DNA of 62,826 bases, filler included, from Perkinsus olseni (lineage: Eukaryota): assembly GCA_013115125.1 (NCBI GenBank). It is 10 parts of 10 records of this genome, joined end to end, with 100 filler letters (N's around TTAATTAATTAA, not from the genome) between each part and the next. Parts side by side here need not be neighbours in the genome. Positions count along the whole stretch, not along the records: positions 19,044 to 25,239 come from JABANN010001116.1; positions 25,340 to 31,523 come from JABANN010001117.1; positions 31,624 to 37,804 come from JABANN010001118.1; 7 more parts are not named here. One strand, given 5' to 3'. Every line of letters begins with the position of its first letter. Position 1 is the first letter of the stretch. The position numbers and the translations under genes are program-made. Under the pieces are notes generated by a model that was not told the origin of the DNA, did no database searches, and worked only from the letters and a program-made list of their open reading frames with translations. This document shows positions 21,113 through 34,121 of this stretch, one piece after another.

Positions 21113-23235
21113 TGCGATGATAAGTAGCTCAACTTCTAACGCCGAGAATGCGTCGAATGGCGATCTTGCAACGTAAAAAGCGCGAGCCATCGTAATCGAT
21201 TCCTCATGAGCGCCTCCTGGGAGTAAAGTCGGTTTTCTGAGGAAAAAAGTAGAATCGTGAGGAATTGTATTTCGCCCGCCTTGGATTGAAGTTTTGTGAG
21301 TTCGCACGGCAGTAGAATGAGCGTGTTAGTAGCTCGGATGTAAACTGCCTTAAAAAAGTTGACCAAGACCCAGTGGAGTGCGGACCGTAACCCCCGTCAA
21401 CCCGAAACCCGACTCAGGTCGCCCTTCGGGCGACCTTCACCAAAAACCCGAAAGCCGCGCAGTGTAAGGGGTCAGTAGTGTCGGGCGAGCTCCAAAGGCA
21501 TCCTCAGGATACCGGAAAACTCCTCAGAAAATGGATTCACTCCCCCTCCTGGCGTTGAGTTGAGTATCTTTCAGAGTTATCATGACCACGAATGACAACA
21601 CAGAAGTGTCAAGCAGACGGAGTCGTCGTCGTAGGCGAGCCGGCGGCGTGGAAGGTGTGGAACTCGATGAACCAGAAGATGAGAGAGCCATGGAAAGAGG
21701 ACATTCGAGAATGGTAGGTCGCCAATTGAAACCGACACTGCCAGCTGCGAGCTTATTGGACCATCTTGACTTGACGCGGCATAGGGCGGAGTCTTCACTG
21801 GGTTAGTCATGTATAAATGAACAAGTGAAAAGTCCGGTAAACCTGTTGGGCGAGATGACAGTACTGCAGCTCACTAACAGTCGTCAACTAGTGATAGTTC
21901 GGCTACTCAATAGGTCGAAGCGTTCTCTACCGGGCGAAACGCTTGGATATCAGCAGTAAGAAATGTAAGAGTAGTAAGTGGAGCTCCTCGCAGTCACACT
22001 AGTCCTGTGCGCGGAGCGTGATCTTTATCATCGCTCTGCTCGGTGGGGATCATCCCCGGCCTCAGGGGAGTATGCGTTAGATGGTGGTCATTGTGGTGAT
22101 GTGTCCCGAGCCGTCGTTTACACGAAGAGCCCTTCAGAACGGCAGTTGACATGATCGACCCTGCATTCCAGAGCCTTGAATAAAAAACAAAAAATAAATG
22201 AAAATACGAATAAGAACGAAATAGCAGAACAGAGAAGTTTCCCTTTTCCGGTCTCATCGGTTTCCGTCACTTCAGATCCTCCTCGTTTTCTGCGTCATGT
22301 GGTCGGTGCTCTCAGTGATCGCTTCCGTCATCTTTGCAATTTTCGCTGCCAACCAACGCCAGTCGAATGTAATAGCATTTCTACAGCGTTAGGAGTAAAC
22401 GAAGTTCCTCAGTTAATTCTCCTATCGCTGCTTTTTGCGTGCCTGATATCGATCCAAGCGGGCATCGTGATCTACTCTGAGCGCACCCGGCCGTTGTTGG
22501 CGAAGGCTGTTACCAAAGGCTTCGGATGGGTAGTAGTGAGGGAGCGGGATGCAGAAAATATGTTGGCTCGCTTTGCAGCACAAAAAAGCGTCTTTTGGTA
22601 GTCAGGGGTCTGTCGACCGTGGCATAATGGCAAGACCCCAACAGAGGTGGCGTATGGCATTTTTCGCGTTTGCCATCGATTCTTGGAGATTCTCCAGCGT
22701 TTCAGCGGATTGCTCATCAATGTGAGGAGAGTTTACTTCACGATCAGAGCTTCCGATTGTTGTCCACTAGGGGCCTTAACTCATTCGCAACAAGGAATGA
22801 GGGATGGGCCATTTTCGAGCGTACATTCTGTGGCACTATTCGAAATTATGGCTCAAGGCTGTCTCGAATCATCCAGTGTGATCTCCAGCGTGCAATATTG
22901 CGTTCCTCTCCGTCGCTCGAGACGTAAGACAATGACTGTTGTTTGCCCTTCCATCAGCTCTTCCGGAATCCGCCGCGTCTGGCCGCTTTCTTCTGGATCT
23001 TAACAACTATTGGGGCCATGGTACGTCTTTCGGAAAGCCATTTTCCCGACTTGTAACGGATCATCTCCCCTCAGATTGTTTTTGGATTTTTAATATCAGT
23101 ATTAGCGTCTCATTCCGCCGTTGGGCAGCTCAGGACGGCTGGTCTAATCACATTCATTCTCATCGGAGTCGGTTGGCTCAGCACCACCGTCGGAGTGGTA
23201 AGTGCCGCTGATTAACTGCTGGACTAGAGAATACT

Positions 23236-23337
23236 GGGGGGTGTTCAATAAACCAATTCTGAACTCAGAATTGTATCACTCGTTTTCTCCGAGTAAAAAT
23301 AGATTCTAAGTTCCAGAATCAGTCTATCGAACGGGGG
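23236..23337. repeat. Short dispersed repeat or degenerate MITE, related to 59650-59811
   Basis: Both copies begin GGGG(T/G)TTCAATAAACC(A/G)ATTC, contain TTCCAGAAT and end TCGAACGGG, with imperfect terminal inverted symmetry. Confidence 0.5.
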
Positions 23338-26300
23338 TTGTCTATGCGTGGCATTCGACTTCCGGTTTTTCGTGAAAAAACTTAGTGAATTTCCTGAGAG
23401 AAAGTTTTCAGGAAAATATCAAGTTGATAGAGTCTTTCACGCATGATCGAGAGTTTTTGGCTCCTTCTGTACTATGAGTTTTATTTACTAGTACATGCGA
23501 GCACCCCTATGTCACTCACCGATAAATTTCGTTCGCCGACGAAGTTGAATCGACGAAAGGAGACCTCGTGCTCAAGTCCGGTAGAATTCAAGTGGCATCA
23601 TTGGTTCCGTTCAGTTGTTCTCGTCGGTATTCCGGGATGTCCGACTAAGAGTCGGCGACGGTTGGGAGGAGCTGCAAGAAGTCGGGTAAGTATTTCCAGA
23701 TTCGAGCCTTGAGAGTGTCAGTCAATCTGGGTCAGGGACTCTGAGACTATCGGACGTCCAACTGAAGACAGCGGCACTCGTTTGCAGAACAATTCATAAT
23801 GTAACTTTCTCATTATCAACAGGTTTGGGTTCGTAGTGGGCTGTTGCACTCGGACACGAAATGATCCCGTTGACTAAGCGACTCCTTTGACCAAGGTGAA
23901 CACAGACTCCTTGATTGGTGGCGTGACAGGCATACGCTGATAGAAATTAGTTGGCGCTTGTGATGTTAAAACCGCTGATCCTACCCTGCTCCGATGAGAG
24001 ACTTGCAATCGCTGATGATAAGAAGACCAAGGGTCAAGGATTGGTTCCAGAGGGCAAGGCTCGGGCGTTCTGTTCTCAATTAGCCAGTCTCCTAACACGC
24101 TTATTGGTGGCAGTGTAACCCGAGTACAAGGGCTAAAGGATTCTCTGTCGATGCCTGTCGGAAGCATGAGCATAGCGTGCAACAAGGAAGAGCTTGCTGT
24201 AGTCTTTGTACTCATACGTTGGACACAAGGGCAAGGGAGCTTGTGAGAAGGAACTTGGAGTTTAGTTATTGACAAGATTCGAACGGGCTGATGATTGAAT
24301 CCAATCATTGGATTCCAATGACCCGGAGTTGTCTCGTTCGGCCACAAGAATGACAGCGTCAGCAGCCTGAGGGACAAAACAGCTAGCAGCGCGGCCCTAA
24401 GCGCCTGCGTCTCGGTAAGAACAACACCACCAGCCTGGTCAGCCGCCGCTCCTTCAGCAGCCTCCCCAGAAGGTGGAGCATCGTCCACGACCTCGTCATC
24501 ATCCCAAGCCATAGACGCACAGTCAACCCGGAGTCTGGCCGCCCAGACCGTCGTCTTGTGCATGCGTGCATAGCTGATTCCCCACGAGAGAGTAAGCTAA
24601 GAAGGGGAGGAGGATCAGCTTTACACTCATTCTCGCTTCGCCTTGACTACGAGTAACAACGGAGAAGCAAGGGCATCATCATGTCGTCGGCACCTCCCGA
24701 AGTCCCCGATTGAAGAACGTGAGTCAGAGAGTCGTTGCAAGCAATGAACAAGATTGATGGACTGGTCTCCGAGGGTGACGTGGCGTAGCTCACGTCACGT
24801 GGATGGAGAGAACATCTCAAAAACCATTTTCGCTCAGAATTTGTTGAGCAGTTTGAAGTTTCTAGTGTTTTGCTGTTTAGTCGTCAATCTCCATCTGGTT
24901 GCCGTGCCGCCTCCCTGCGGTGACACGTGGCCCACGTGACGTGGGTCGCACCGATACTATATTCGTCACCATGTGGCCACTCTATTGCAGACAGCTCATC
25001 AGGCTGCACGTGCGAGCTCAGCGCCCTGTGTGATACTATCACACAGATAGTGCTAAAGGCGCATAATGAGCGAGGGCCGTCGGGCTTGGGGTGTCTGCAA
25101 CCTTTCGCTTGGCCAAGTATACGCGGAATTAAACCACGTCCTACTGACTGCACAACAATAACGACGGCTTCCACCAACAGCGGGAATAGTAATTCACACT
25201 TACACCGTCGGGGACAGCGACGCTATGACGGGACACGAGNNNNNNNNNNNNNNNNNNNNNNNNNNNNNNNNNNNNNNNNNNNNTTAATTAATTAANNNNN
25301 NNNNNNNNNNNNNNNNNNNNNNNNNNNNNNNNNNNNNNNTCTCGATTACAACTCGATACCCGAAGCAGCTCGGCCACTCGCCAAACGTGAGCTTGTTTGG
25401 CACTCATTGATTCCAACAATAATTCTGTTTCTTCTCAGAGGCGACTTTGGACTATGACCGCGATGACGATAGCATCGAGTTTTCAATTCCTGAAGTGATC
25501 AGCATCACGCTGCACAGGCCGAGCCCAAGTCGCAGCTAGAAGCGCTGAGCACACTTTCGCGTCTTCACGCGAATGGGCGACGTGTTGCAGCAGCAAGGCC
25601 TGCTGACACCCCCACAGTCGGGGCCCGACTTAGTCGGTGTATATCACTTCCCCCGGTTTTTATGACACTTTTTAACAAGCGTGGTTGGAGTGATATTTGA
25701 TATATCACAGATTTCGTTTATGTGAACTGCGTCGGATATAGATGAGGCGATCTGCTGTGCTGCGCTTGAGTATCCTCCAGTGGAGTGGCTCACGCTTAAT
25801 GCTGACGATTTATTCTTAACAGGTTGGCGTTATTATTTTTCAGAAAAGAATGCCGTGTTGAGTCAGTTCTGGGAAGGGAAGAGGCATCAACTAAAACCTG
25901 GTCTTGGCGATTGGACCGCGGAATGTCTTCTACATCTCCCCAGCAACCCAGCAGTAGTCATGAGCAGGTCATGGAAAACGAGACGTGTCTCTCGAACACT
26001 CCTCGTGTGAAGTGGATCAGGCATGTACAGTATACAGTGTAACTAGGCCCACTCCGGCGGTGGGTCTTGAGCATAACTGAGTCTTGGGGATGACTAATCC
26101 GCAAAACTCGGGTAGGCAACCGGAAAACTGGTGGGAATTCATTCGTGATAAGACATCACTGACGACGCACTGTTATGCTTTCCAAATGATCACTCTTGCT
26201 ACGCTCTTGGAGGATCGGTTTCTTGTGTGACGAAGACCGTCTTCCGACCCATCATTTCTTTCAATTTCTCCTGCATGAACGGCGCGAGCGGTTCAACGAC

Positions 26301-27882
26301 ATAGCACGAGACCCACCCGTCGTCTGTGTAGGTGAAATCTAGCCTCAGCCCCCACCCTCAACCTCAGCCGAGTCTGCGGGTGAGTCATGGAATCTCTGCT
26401 GGAGAACCCGATCTAGAGTCTAGATTCTAGACGTGTCCAGGAGTGCCTGGGTGCCTGTTTTGTCCTTCCCCGACCCATTCTGGACATATAACACGTGCCC
26501 TGTCTAGGTGCGCCATCACCGTACGTGAATTCATGTCCAAGTACAGTTAGGGACGTGTGGTTCTCCTAGGGAAGCTGCGGGAGCACATAACTCACCTCTC
26601 CTGGGATGGAAATCTTGGCGTGTCGTTGAGCAGACCTGCCCTCAACCCTGTGACCTGAGTTCGAATTCCGACATAAGCGATCGAGGTCAGGGAGGAGGTG
26701 GCGCGATCTTACAGCCCAGCTGTACGAAGAAGTGATGTACTAGCTAGAACAGAAGCAATGCGAGACTAGGGTACAAGCCGAATCTATACTGGTTTTAGTT
26801 GTATTCAGTGAAACTGTGTTCATCGAAGCTGTTCGAAGTGAAACCGTTCTACTGTCTCCTGTACTGGTTGGCACTGTACGGACTGGGAGAAGCTCAATTG
26901 ACACTGCACAAATTGCAACTGTATAACTGGAATATGTTTCAGTTGAAACTGTACGGAAAGGGCTGCACCAGTATTAGCTGGCACTGTACCATGCTTGTGC
27001 GTGCAGAGTAGTCTGGGTAGCTCCATTCGACCTTGTGTTCCACGTACGAGTAAGACGACTACAAAAACCTTTCCTCTTTTGAAATTTCTTACAATATCGC
27101 GTCTCATTCACTCGCCAGTAGACCCTACCAATAATGCGTCATTTTGCTGTGAAAGATGCTCGCCCACCCATACTCTTACGGGAATAACCATGGGGGGGGC
27201 GCCATGGGGTTCCCCGATCACCGCAACCGACCGTAACCGCGGACGGGTTCGCTCTCAGTCACTCTCGAGCGGAGATGTTTCGAGCTCCGCGGGAGAAGTG
27301 CCAGGCAGCGAGGCGATTGCGAGAAGTGAAAATAGTGACCAGCGACGGGAACCCCGACTCAGTGAGTACGACTGCCCGCGGAGTCAGTCTGAGCTCCCCG
27401 CTCAGACATCTTAGAACGGCAACTGCTCGCACCGAGCGAGTCGCACCACGGAAGAATCACGTGACCCCGAGACGGCTTCTAACCAGGCAGTGGAACTCCA
27501 AAAAGACTGTCAGCGCATTTCACCACTGATCACTCTGTCAGACATACATGCAGTACACTACGCGACGATATGCTCAGCCCACGCGGCTCCGATAACTTGC
27601 TCCAAACATCTGTCCCGCACGCATGAACACATGCGCACGCGTGCATCTTGTTGGTGGCCCCTTTACTGGGCCCTAGGTCGTGCCTAAGCTTTTTTTGCTC
27701 AGAAACATGAGCCAAACCTGCCTGCGATGAGCTCAGGGGCGCATAGTGCCCCAACCCGCCCGAGGAGACCCTTAGAGTTACCGGGTGGATATGCGCGCGC
27801 CTCGGGGGTTTCCAACGAACACAGCACGCGCGTTGTTCCAATCCGTACTGCAGTCGGCTTTACAAGTGTGTTCATCTTAAAC

Positions 27883-28370
27883 ATGATCCGTCTACTGCTA
27901 GTCCTTGGTCTCATCGACGGTCTCGCTGAGGGGTTGTCTCCTAACAGGGGGTCTACCAATGCGACTACTGGGAGCGGGGCCAACGCCGGTCAGACCCCAG
28001 ATGTGAGATTTGATGAGTGCCATGCCGCCTCAGATTGCAGTCTTTGTCGATCAGGAATATTGCCAATCGCTCTGTGGGTCGCCCCCAAGCTCCATATGTG
28101 GAGATAAGGGGTCGTACTGTAAACCATACGGTCCACCTCAGAATGGTCAAAGAGTCTGCCAGGGCTTGTAAGTGCATCCATCAACCGGGACCCTACGATG
28201 CGCCGATGCGTGGCTCCTCAGTTACTATTTACCGAATAACAGTATGTGCTACTTCGGACCATTCACGACTTCCAGTGAGTGCCCCGAGGAACATCCTGTC
28301 TTCTGTGGAGGGAATGCGACCACTACACCCGGGCCCACCCCAACGCCCACGACCGGGCCTACCCCAACGC
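27883..28370 (+). CDS. Secreted Cys-rich protein (GSYCK...VCQG domain) with a Pro/Thr stalk, truncated by a LINE insertion
   Basis: Signal peptide MIRLLLVLGLIDGLA. Spliced exons give DQEYCQSLCGSPPSSICGDKGSYCKPYGPPQNGQRVCQG-FYYLPNNSMCYFGPFTTSSECPEEHPVFC-GGNATTTPGPTPTPTTGPTPTP, with introns near 28003-28033 and 28169-28221. Confidence 0.7.
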
Positions 28371-28398
28371 CAGTTTTGTTGTGAACTTCTTCCTAAGA

Positions 28399-29859
28399 AT
28401 GTCACGTACCAACAACCGTCGTACCAACACCGCTACTGGCAGCCACGGTGGAGGAACTGCGGCTGGAGACGATCAGAGGATGGAGCATGAAGCGACCGAT
28501 GCAACCAGCAGGGTAGGAAAAACGGGAGTGGGGAAGGTTCGTAATCTTCCTGAGGAATTGCGCATAACGTATAGGGATAGTAATATCTCCCAGTTGCTTG
28601 ACTGGGTTGATACTACTATAGACTTTTTCACCAATAATGACCGTCATAGTTTACCTGTATATGGTAATAAAGGTATACATGAATGTATTGCGGAACTGAG
28701 GAGAAAATTTCTAGCTCTTACTGAGGGTGCTCTGCATCATCAAAAAGAGATAAGCAGAGTTACTGCAGAGTTAGCAGAGGAACGTAACAAAGTAAAAGTA
28801 GTCGGAGGGGGCGTGAAAAGAAGAAAACCATCGGTGGATGCATCTTCAGAAGCTAGTCTCGGTAGTTGGGGATCAGAAGAAAGCAGCCAATGGTCTGACG
28901 CGCTAGAAGGTAGAGAGAGGGCAGGCAACCTAGTTTTGAGAAACATGAGTAGTAGTAGCAGTAGCAATAACAATAATACTAATAATAATAACATTTGGCA
29001 GACAGTTGATAGAAATCGCAATAGAGGTAGGCAGAATAATAGGGACCATGGAGACATCTCACAGACTAGGAGGGGCTCTCCAAGTCCAGTAGAAAGAGAG
29101 AAATTTTCAGTCATCATCACAGACAAATCTAGAATAGCTCAGGATGGCACATGGCCCTTCTTGCCAGCAGAGGATGGCAGGAAACTAAGTGATGAACTTG
29201 ATAGTCTCTTAGAGAACCTAAGAATAAACGCATCATACGTTACTAGAGGTGGCGTAGCGATAGCATGCGATAGTAAAGATGAGATTGAAAAGGTTGAGAA
29301 GGCAATTAGGGAAAAAGAGAAGTATGTCATAAAACCTAACAGTGGACCAGACATAGTTATGAGGGTAATAATCCCAGCGGCGCATGGTGAAATATCGAAG
29401 AGAGGCGATATACTAGAACACATCGGTCGTAAAAATCAGACCGATTTGAGCTCATGCAAAGTTGTGAAGAGAACCCTTAGGGGCTCCTTATTGATAAAGG
29501 GGCCACGGAGGATCCTCGGTCCACTCATCGATCGTGGGCGAATCTTTATTTCGCTATTCAGCTGTACTGTGACTAAAGGGGCTCCAACCAGACTCTGCTA
29601 CCAGTGCGGAGGATACCACAATACGGGGCCTGGTCTACTGTGTGTGGAACCGGCAAAATGTGCCTCCTGTGGAGGTGCGCACCCGCTAAAATTGTGCAAG
29701 AATCCCCTTCCACAGACAAGGGATATGAATGACCCTGAACGTGTATGTTCAAATTGTGGGAAGGAAGGCCACGCGGCTCTGCAATATCTATGTAATCCCA
29801 TCATAAAGTTAGATGCTAGAGTTGGTGCTCCGGAACAAGTTTCCGGAGCTTCCCAATGA
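28399..29859 (+). CDS. LINE ORF1 (Gag-like nucleic-acid-binding protein)
   Basis: ATG at 28399 (MSRTNN); knuckles CYQCGGYH...C, CASCGGAHPLKLC and CSNCGKEGHAALQYLC. Confidence 0.85.
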   Translation: MSRTNNRRTNTATGSHGGGTAAGDDQRMEHEATDATSRVGKTGVGKVRNLPEELRITYRDSNISQLLDWVDTTIDFFTNNDRHSLPVYGNKGIHECIAELRRKFLALTEGALHHQKEISRVTAELAEERNKVKVVGGGVKRRKPSVDASSEASLGSWGSEESSQWSDALEGRERAGNLVLRNMSSSSSSNNNNTNNNNIWQTVDRNRNRGRQNNRDHGDISQTRRGSPSPVEREKFSVIITDKSRIAQDGTWPFLPAEDGRKLSDELDSLLENLRINASYVTRGGVAIACDSKDEIEKVEKAIREKEKYVIKPNSGPDIVMRVIIPAAHGEISKRGDILEHIGRKNQTDLSSCKVVKRTLRGSLLIKGPRRILGPLIDRGRIFISLFSCTVTKGAPTRLCYQCGGYHNTGPGLLCVEPAKCASCGGAHPLKLCKNPLPQTRDMNDPERVCSNCGKEGHAALQYLCNPIIKLDARVGAPEQVSGASQ

Positions 29860-31523
29860 TGCTCTCACGAAGAGCTTCTGTAAGTCATGGTAGTAATGAA
29901 GATGAGAGGAGGGATGACATCATTAGTAGTGATCAACGAATAGATGATAGCACTGGTAGCAATCAACAACTAGAGAATAGCACCGGTAGTAATCAACGCG
30001 TAGATGATAGTGTTGGTAATGGCAGCTATACAGACGATAGAACTGATAGTAACTCTCGGGTAAATGATATCACTGGTTGTAACATAAATTTTGCCACCTT
30101 CAACTGCTCTAGAAGCAGAGCAAATCTGGAATCGTGGTACCGGGACTATGGGTATAGGTGTGACGTGGCATGTATCCAAGAACCACCCGCTTTTCTTGGG
30201 CAAGTGTTCAATGATATGATAGTAGTATTTTGCTCCAGCAATCTAGAAGTAGACACAGCGGCAAGAGACTATACCAGGGCAGCAATACTGGTAAGGAGGG
30301 AAATCACAATTAAGAAAGTGAGGCCGAAGCCTGACTGTGTTAGTACGGATGTAACAACGAAGGATGGGGAATGTCTACGAGTCGTCAGCTTATATGCTGA
30401 CAAGAACCTCGACCCAGGGGACCTGTGTAGTTGTCTCGAAGGTCTACTAGAGGACAGAGAGTTCGACTACTTATTAGTAGCGGGAGATCTGAATGCATGT
30501 TCCTCTTGGTGGTGCTCCCCGCCACTATCGGATAACGACGAGAGGACCCGGAGGGGAGAAGTCTTTGAAGACTGCTTCCTGAGAATGAACCTAGCCCCAG
30601 TGAATGCTAACAAGGGTGTACCATCTTTCTACTCTGGAGGAAGGAGTAGTTACATTGATGCGATTCTAGCTTATGGGGTGACAGTTAATAAACCAGCGTA
30701 TGCACTTGATACGAGCGGTGACCATAGGACTCTTATGTGCGAAGTCCGGTGTGGAAACAGGGAGCTCGAAACAAGGAGCAAAAGGATCAACTATGTGAAG
30801 GTGGTGAACTGGGATGGTTTCATGGCACGGGTAGCCAACAAGACTCCACGCTTTATAAGAATGGATGATACGTCATCCATTGAACAAGCTGCAGTCAAAT
30901 TGAATGATGTCATTAGAGAAGCTATGCTGGAATCTTGTAAGGATACCAAGAACAAGAAACAAGCTAGAGAAAGACGCAAAAGCGGACAGGTCTGGTGGAA
31001 CAATGAGTTAGAAAAGAAAAGAAAAGCTCTGCGAAGAGAAGAAAAGGAAATGAGAAAGACTAAGAGGGGAGGGCTAACAGAGGGGGAAAGAGAGAGCCTT
31101 AGGAATCGTGTACGAATGGCGAAGAGAGATTATTTCAACAGCATCCACAGGGTGAAACGTGAATTTTATCAGCACAAGAGGAGCACTGCGACTTTCAAAG
31201 AACTGACTAGGAGCTTCAAGGTTAGCACTATAACAACGGAAGGGTATGAAGCGGAGAAGATAATAGACCGATTGCTCGACATAGGAGATGAAAGTTTATA
31301 TTCGCACCCGAGTAGATACGAAAAACAGTCAACGGAGCCTCTTGGCGGAGATGTTACACTGGAAGAAATCAGAAAAGCCGCCTCGAATTTCAAGAAAGGG
31401 AAAGCCCCTGGAAGCGACGAGATAGCTTATGAATTCATACAGATCGCTTGTGGAATCGAGAGATGGGTGGAAAAATTCAGAGTTTTGATCCAACGGATTC
31501 TGGAATTTGCATTTTATCCTAGC
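29856..31523 (+). CDS. LINE ORF2: AP endonuclease plus RT N-terminus (partial)
   Basis: APE motifs ATFNC, IQEP, SLYA, AGDLNA..SWW, SYIDAI and SGDHR; then VWWN and KAPGSDEI (pre-RT domain 0). The ATG overlaps the ORF1 stop (ATGA). Confidence 0.92.
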
Positions 31524-33341
31524 NNNNNNNNNNNNNNNNNNNNNNNNNNNNNNNNNNNNNNNNNNNNTTAATTAATTAANNNNNNNNNNNNNNNNNNNNN
31601 NNNNNNNNNNNNNNNNNNNNNNNGTCAGCTGCAGACATATACCTCTCAACTTATGTTGCGTTCCAACAGTAGTGCTTTGGAATCCGAGATGCTACAGGTG
31701 TCAACCCCAGTGCTCGCGAAAATTCCATCATTCATCCCCCCGGGGCGATGAACTGCAGTCGGCCAGTCATCGGCAGGCTGCCAATTATGCACGACAACCA
31801 GACGCCAACTTCTCTCGTAGGCAAAAACAACGCCCAAGTCAAACCGTCTGATTCAGACTATGTGCCACTTCACGAGAGAGGCACCACTGTTGCGTTGAAG
31901 GAGACGGCTCTAATGCAACATTGCCAGACAAGCGAGATATGGTCTATTCCGACCCGGAATTGACGGTCTACCGCCTCTCAGCTGTCTGGTGACTCAGGAT
32001 CCCCGAGCGTGACGATTCTTCATTCAAAAGGCCCTTCTATCCGCCATTGCCTGATGATTTAATGGCTCAAGAACGGTAAGGGGTGCTCGGCCGCAAGCCG
32101 GACAGAGAAGTTTCCACCTCAAGTTCGACTGATTATGTGGCATATGCTGATGAACAGGGGCCAACCTCTGCCCAGGCCTTGATCGGTTCCGTACCATAGG
32201 AGATGCACTCGGATTACGCCTCCGGCAAGGATCCGATTGATCTCGAACTCGAAGATGCCAACAAGGTCTCATGCTCTGACGATGATCTGATAGACTCATC
32301 ATTCGAGAAGGCGTACCTCTACCATCTAGTTTCAATATTGTCAAGGGGTGAGGTGCGAGTGTATTTTGGATTTGTGACGCGGCTTAACTCGATATTAAAG
32401 CCCAGCTTTACTAAAGCCCCATGACCGCTGATGGAAGGAATGCTCTTTTTATCAGTTGCCTTAGCATCAACGGCGAATACATGGCAATAAGCAGTACTAA
32501 GATTTATCACGCTATATGAGCGCACCTCCTATCGACTTTGTGGAGCGAGAAGTTCACCATCCGGAGGCCCTTTTTTGGGAATGCCAGGCAACTGCCGTGA
32601 CGAAACACTTCATTTCGCCCTTCTCGGTCACCTTGTTTTTCGCCGTTATTTTGGTAGAGCTGTTGATGTCTGTGTGCTGTGTACAAGAAGTGGTTTTGTT
32701 TCGTAGTTCCTAAACTCCCGACCACGGAATTCCAAAATAACTGCTAACGCTCGCAGCTCTTCAGCGAACCCGTGGGCACCTCATCGCGAGACCTCCGGTA
32801 GAGATCTCGCTTTCGAAAACCAATCGTTCAATCCGTACGGCAGACGTTCCCATAATCCTCAATCTAAAGCAGTCCGCTGGACCTTTACGAATCGCAGTCG
32901 TCCAATCGTGAGAGTCGAGTAATACTAAACCTCTGAGTGGACATGCAGATTCTGCATTGCAGAAGGCATTGCAGAAGGCCATCAGTGCGCAGAACCATAT
33001 CGTGCGTTCAGCAACGCCTAGGGAGAGGGTGCCAGAGTGCGAGAAGGACAGGTAGCTGATCTTCTGTGAACCCGATCACCGAGCCCGTGAACCATGGCGC
33101 TAGAAAACCAATCTCCTCCAAAGATCGATTTGTTGCTGAGGGATCAATTCAGCACCTAGGCTGTCGAAGGCGTAATGTGGGCACGTAGAATTCGAAGCAG
33201 CGTTTCGCAAGACTCGCCGAGACTTTTGAAACGGCCGGGCTAGCGAGGTCGACTCCGGTAAGGTGCGCTGTTCGACTATCCACAGAACTTGCTGTGCGTG
33301 AGGAGGTGAGCGTGTGTTATCACGTTCCTTATCAGTTCGGT

Positions 33342-33965
33342 ATGATGCGCGTTCTCCTCACTTTCACGATCCTCGCTGGCGTCAGTTCGCAAACCCCTAC
33401 CGCATCATCTGCTGTTCCTACGACAATCGATGTTGTCACCACTGATCCCCCGGCAGCGTCGACCACCTCCGAACAGAACTCGAACTCCGCCCCTGCCGCT
33501 TCCTCTACGGCGAGTGCATCTGCCACAGGTCTACCCGGTTCGTCTGCTCCACCAACGAGTTCAGCTGTGACGGTAACGAGTCAGCCTGTTGCAACGTCTC
33601 AATTTCCTGCATCTTCTACCGCTGCCGTTGCATCAACTACACCGCTTGTGAGCAGTAGTAATGGTGTCGGTGAATCCACAGCTGGAGTGCCTGCGAGCTC
33701 AAGTACTGCTAGTGCTGCAACTTCGGCCAGTACGACCCAATCACAAGTGACATCAGTAGTTCCGTCAACTCCCGTTGACTCAACGTCCGCAAGCAGCTCT
33801 CCGAGGTCGTCGACTGTGTTGCGGAGTTCCACCACTTCCGGGCCATCCACTGCTACCTGGCCTGCAACCACACCGACGTGGCCCACGTCGGATGCATCTT
33901 TCATCATCATGTCGCATGCCGTTGCATGCGTCTCTGTTGTATCGCTCTTGTTTATAAGTATTTAG
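33342..33965 (+). CDS. Ser/Thr-rich mucin-like, putative GPI-anchored surface protein 1
   Basis: Signal peptide MMRVLLTFTILAGVSSQ; S/T/A/P-rich body; TSDA followed by a hydrophobic C-terminus. Confidence 0.8.
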   Translation: MMRVLLTFTILAGVSSQTPTASSAVPTTIDVVTTDPPAASTTSEQNSNSAPAASSTASASATGLPGSSAPPTSSAVTVTSQPVATSQFPASSTAAVASTTPLVSSSNGVGESTAGVPASSSTASAATSASTTQSQVTSVVPSTPVDSTSASSSPRSSTVLRSSTTSGPSTATWPATTPTWPTSDASFIIMSHAVACVSVVSLLFISI

Positions 33966-34121
33966 CATAACAGTATTCATCTCCATGACAGTATGTGGCG
34001 CTAAACGCTAACCTATATAATTTTGTACTGGCGACTCATCGCTGTAGTGGAAGCGCGTTTTGTTTTAAATTGAGACGAATCCATAGTGCCGGGAACGTCT
34101 CCAGTTCATTCTCATTGCTCC

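Larger units (their letters stand above)
28371..31523 (+). mobile_element. APE-type non-LTR retrotransposon (R1/I-group-like), 5'-complete, truncated by the scaffold end
   Basis: Starts CAGTT with a short 5' UTR. ORF1 has three Cys/His knuckles; ORF2 has an AP endonuclease and the start of the RT. Confidence 0.9.
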
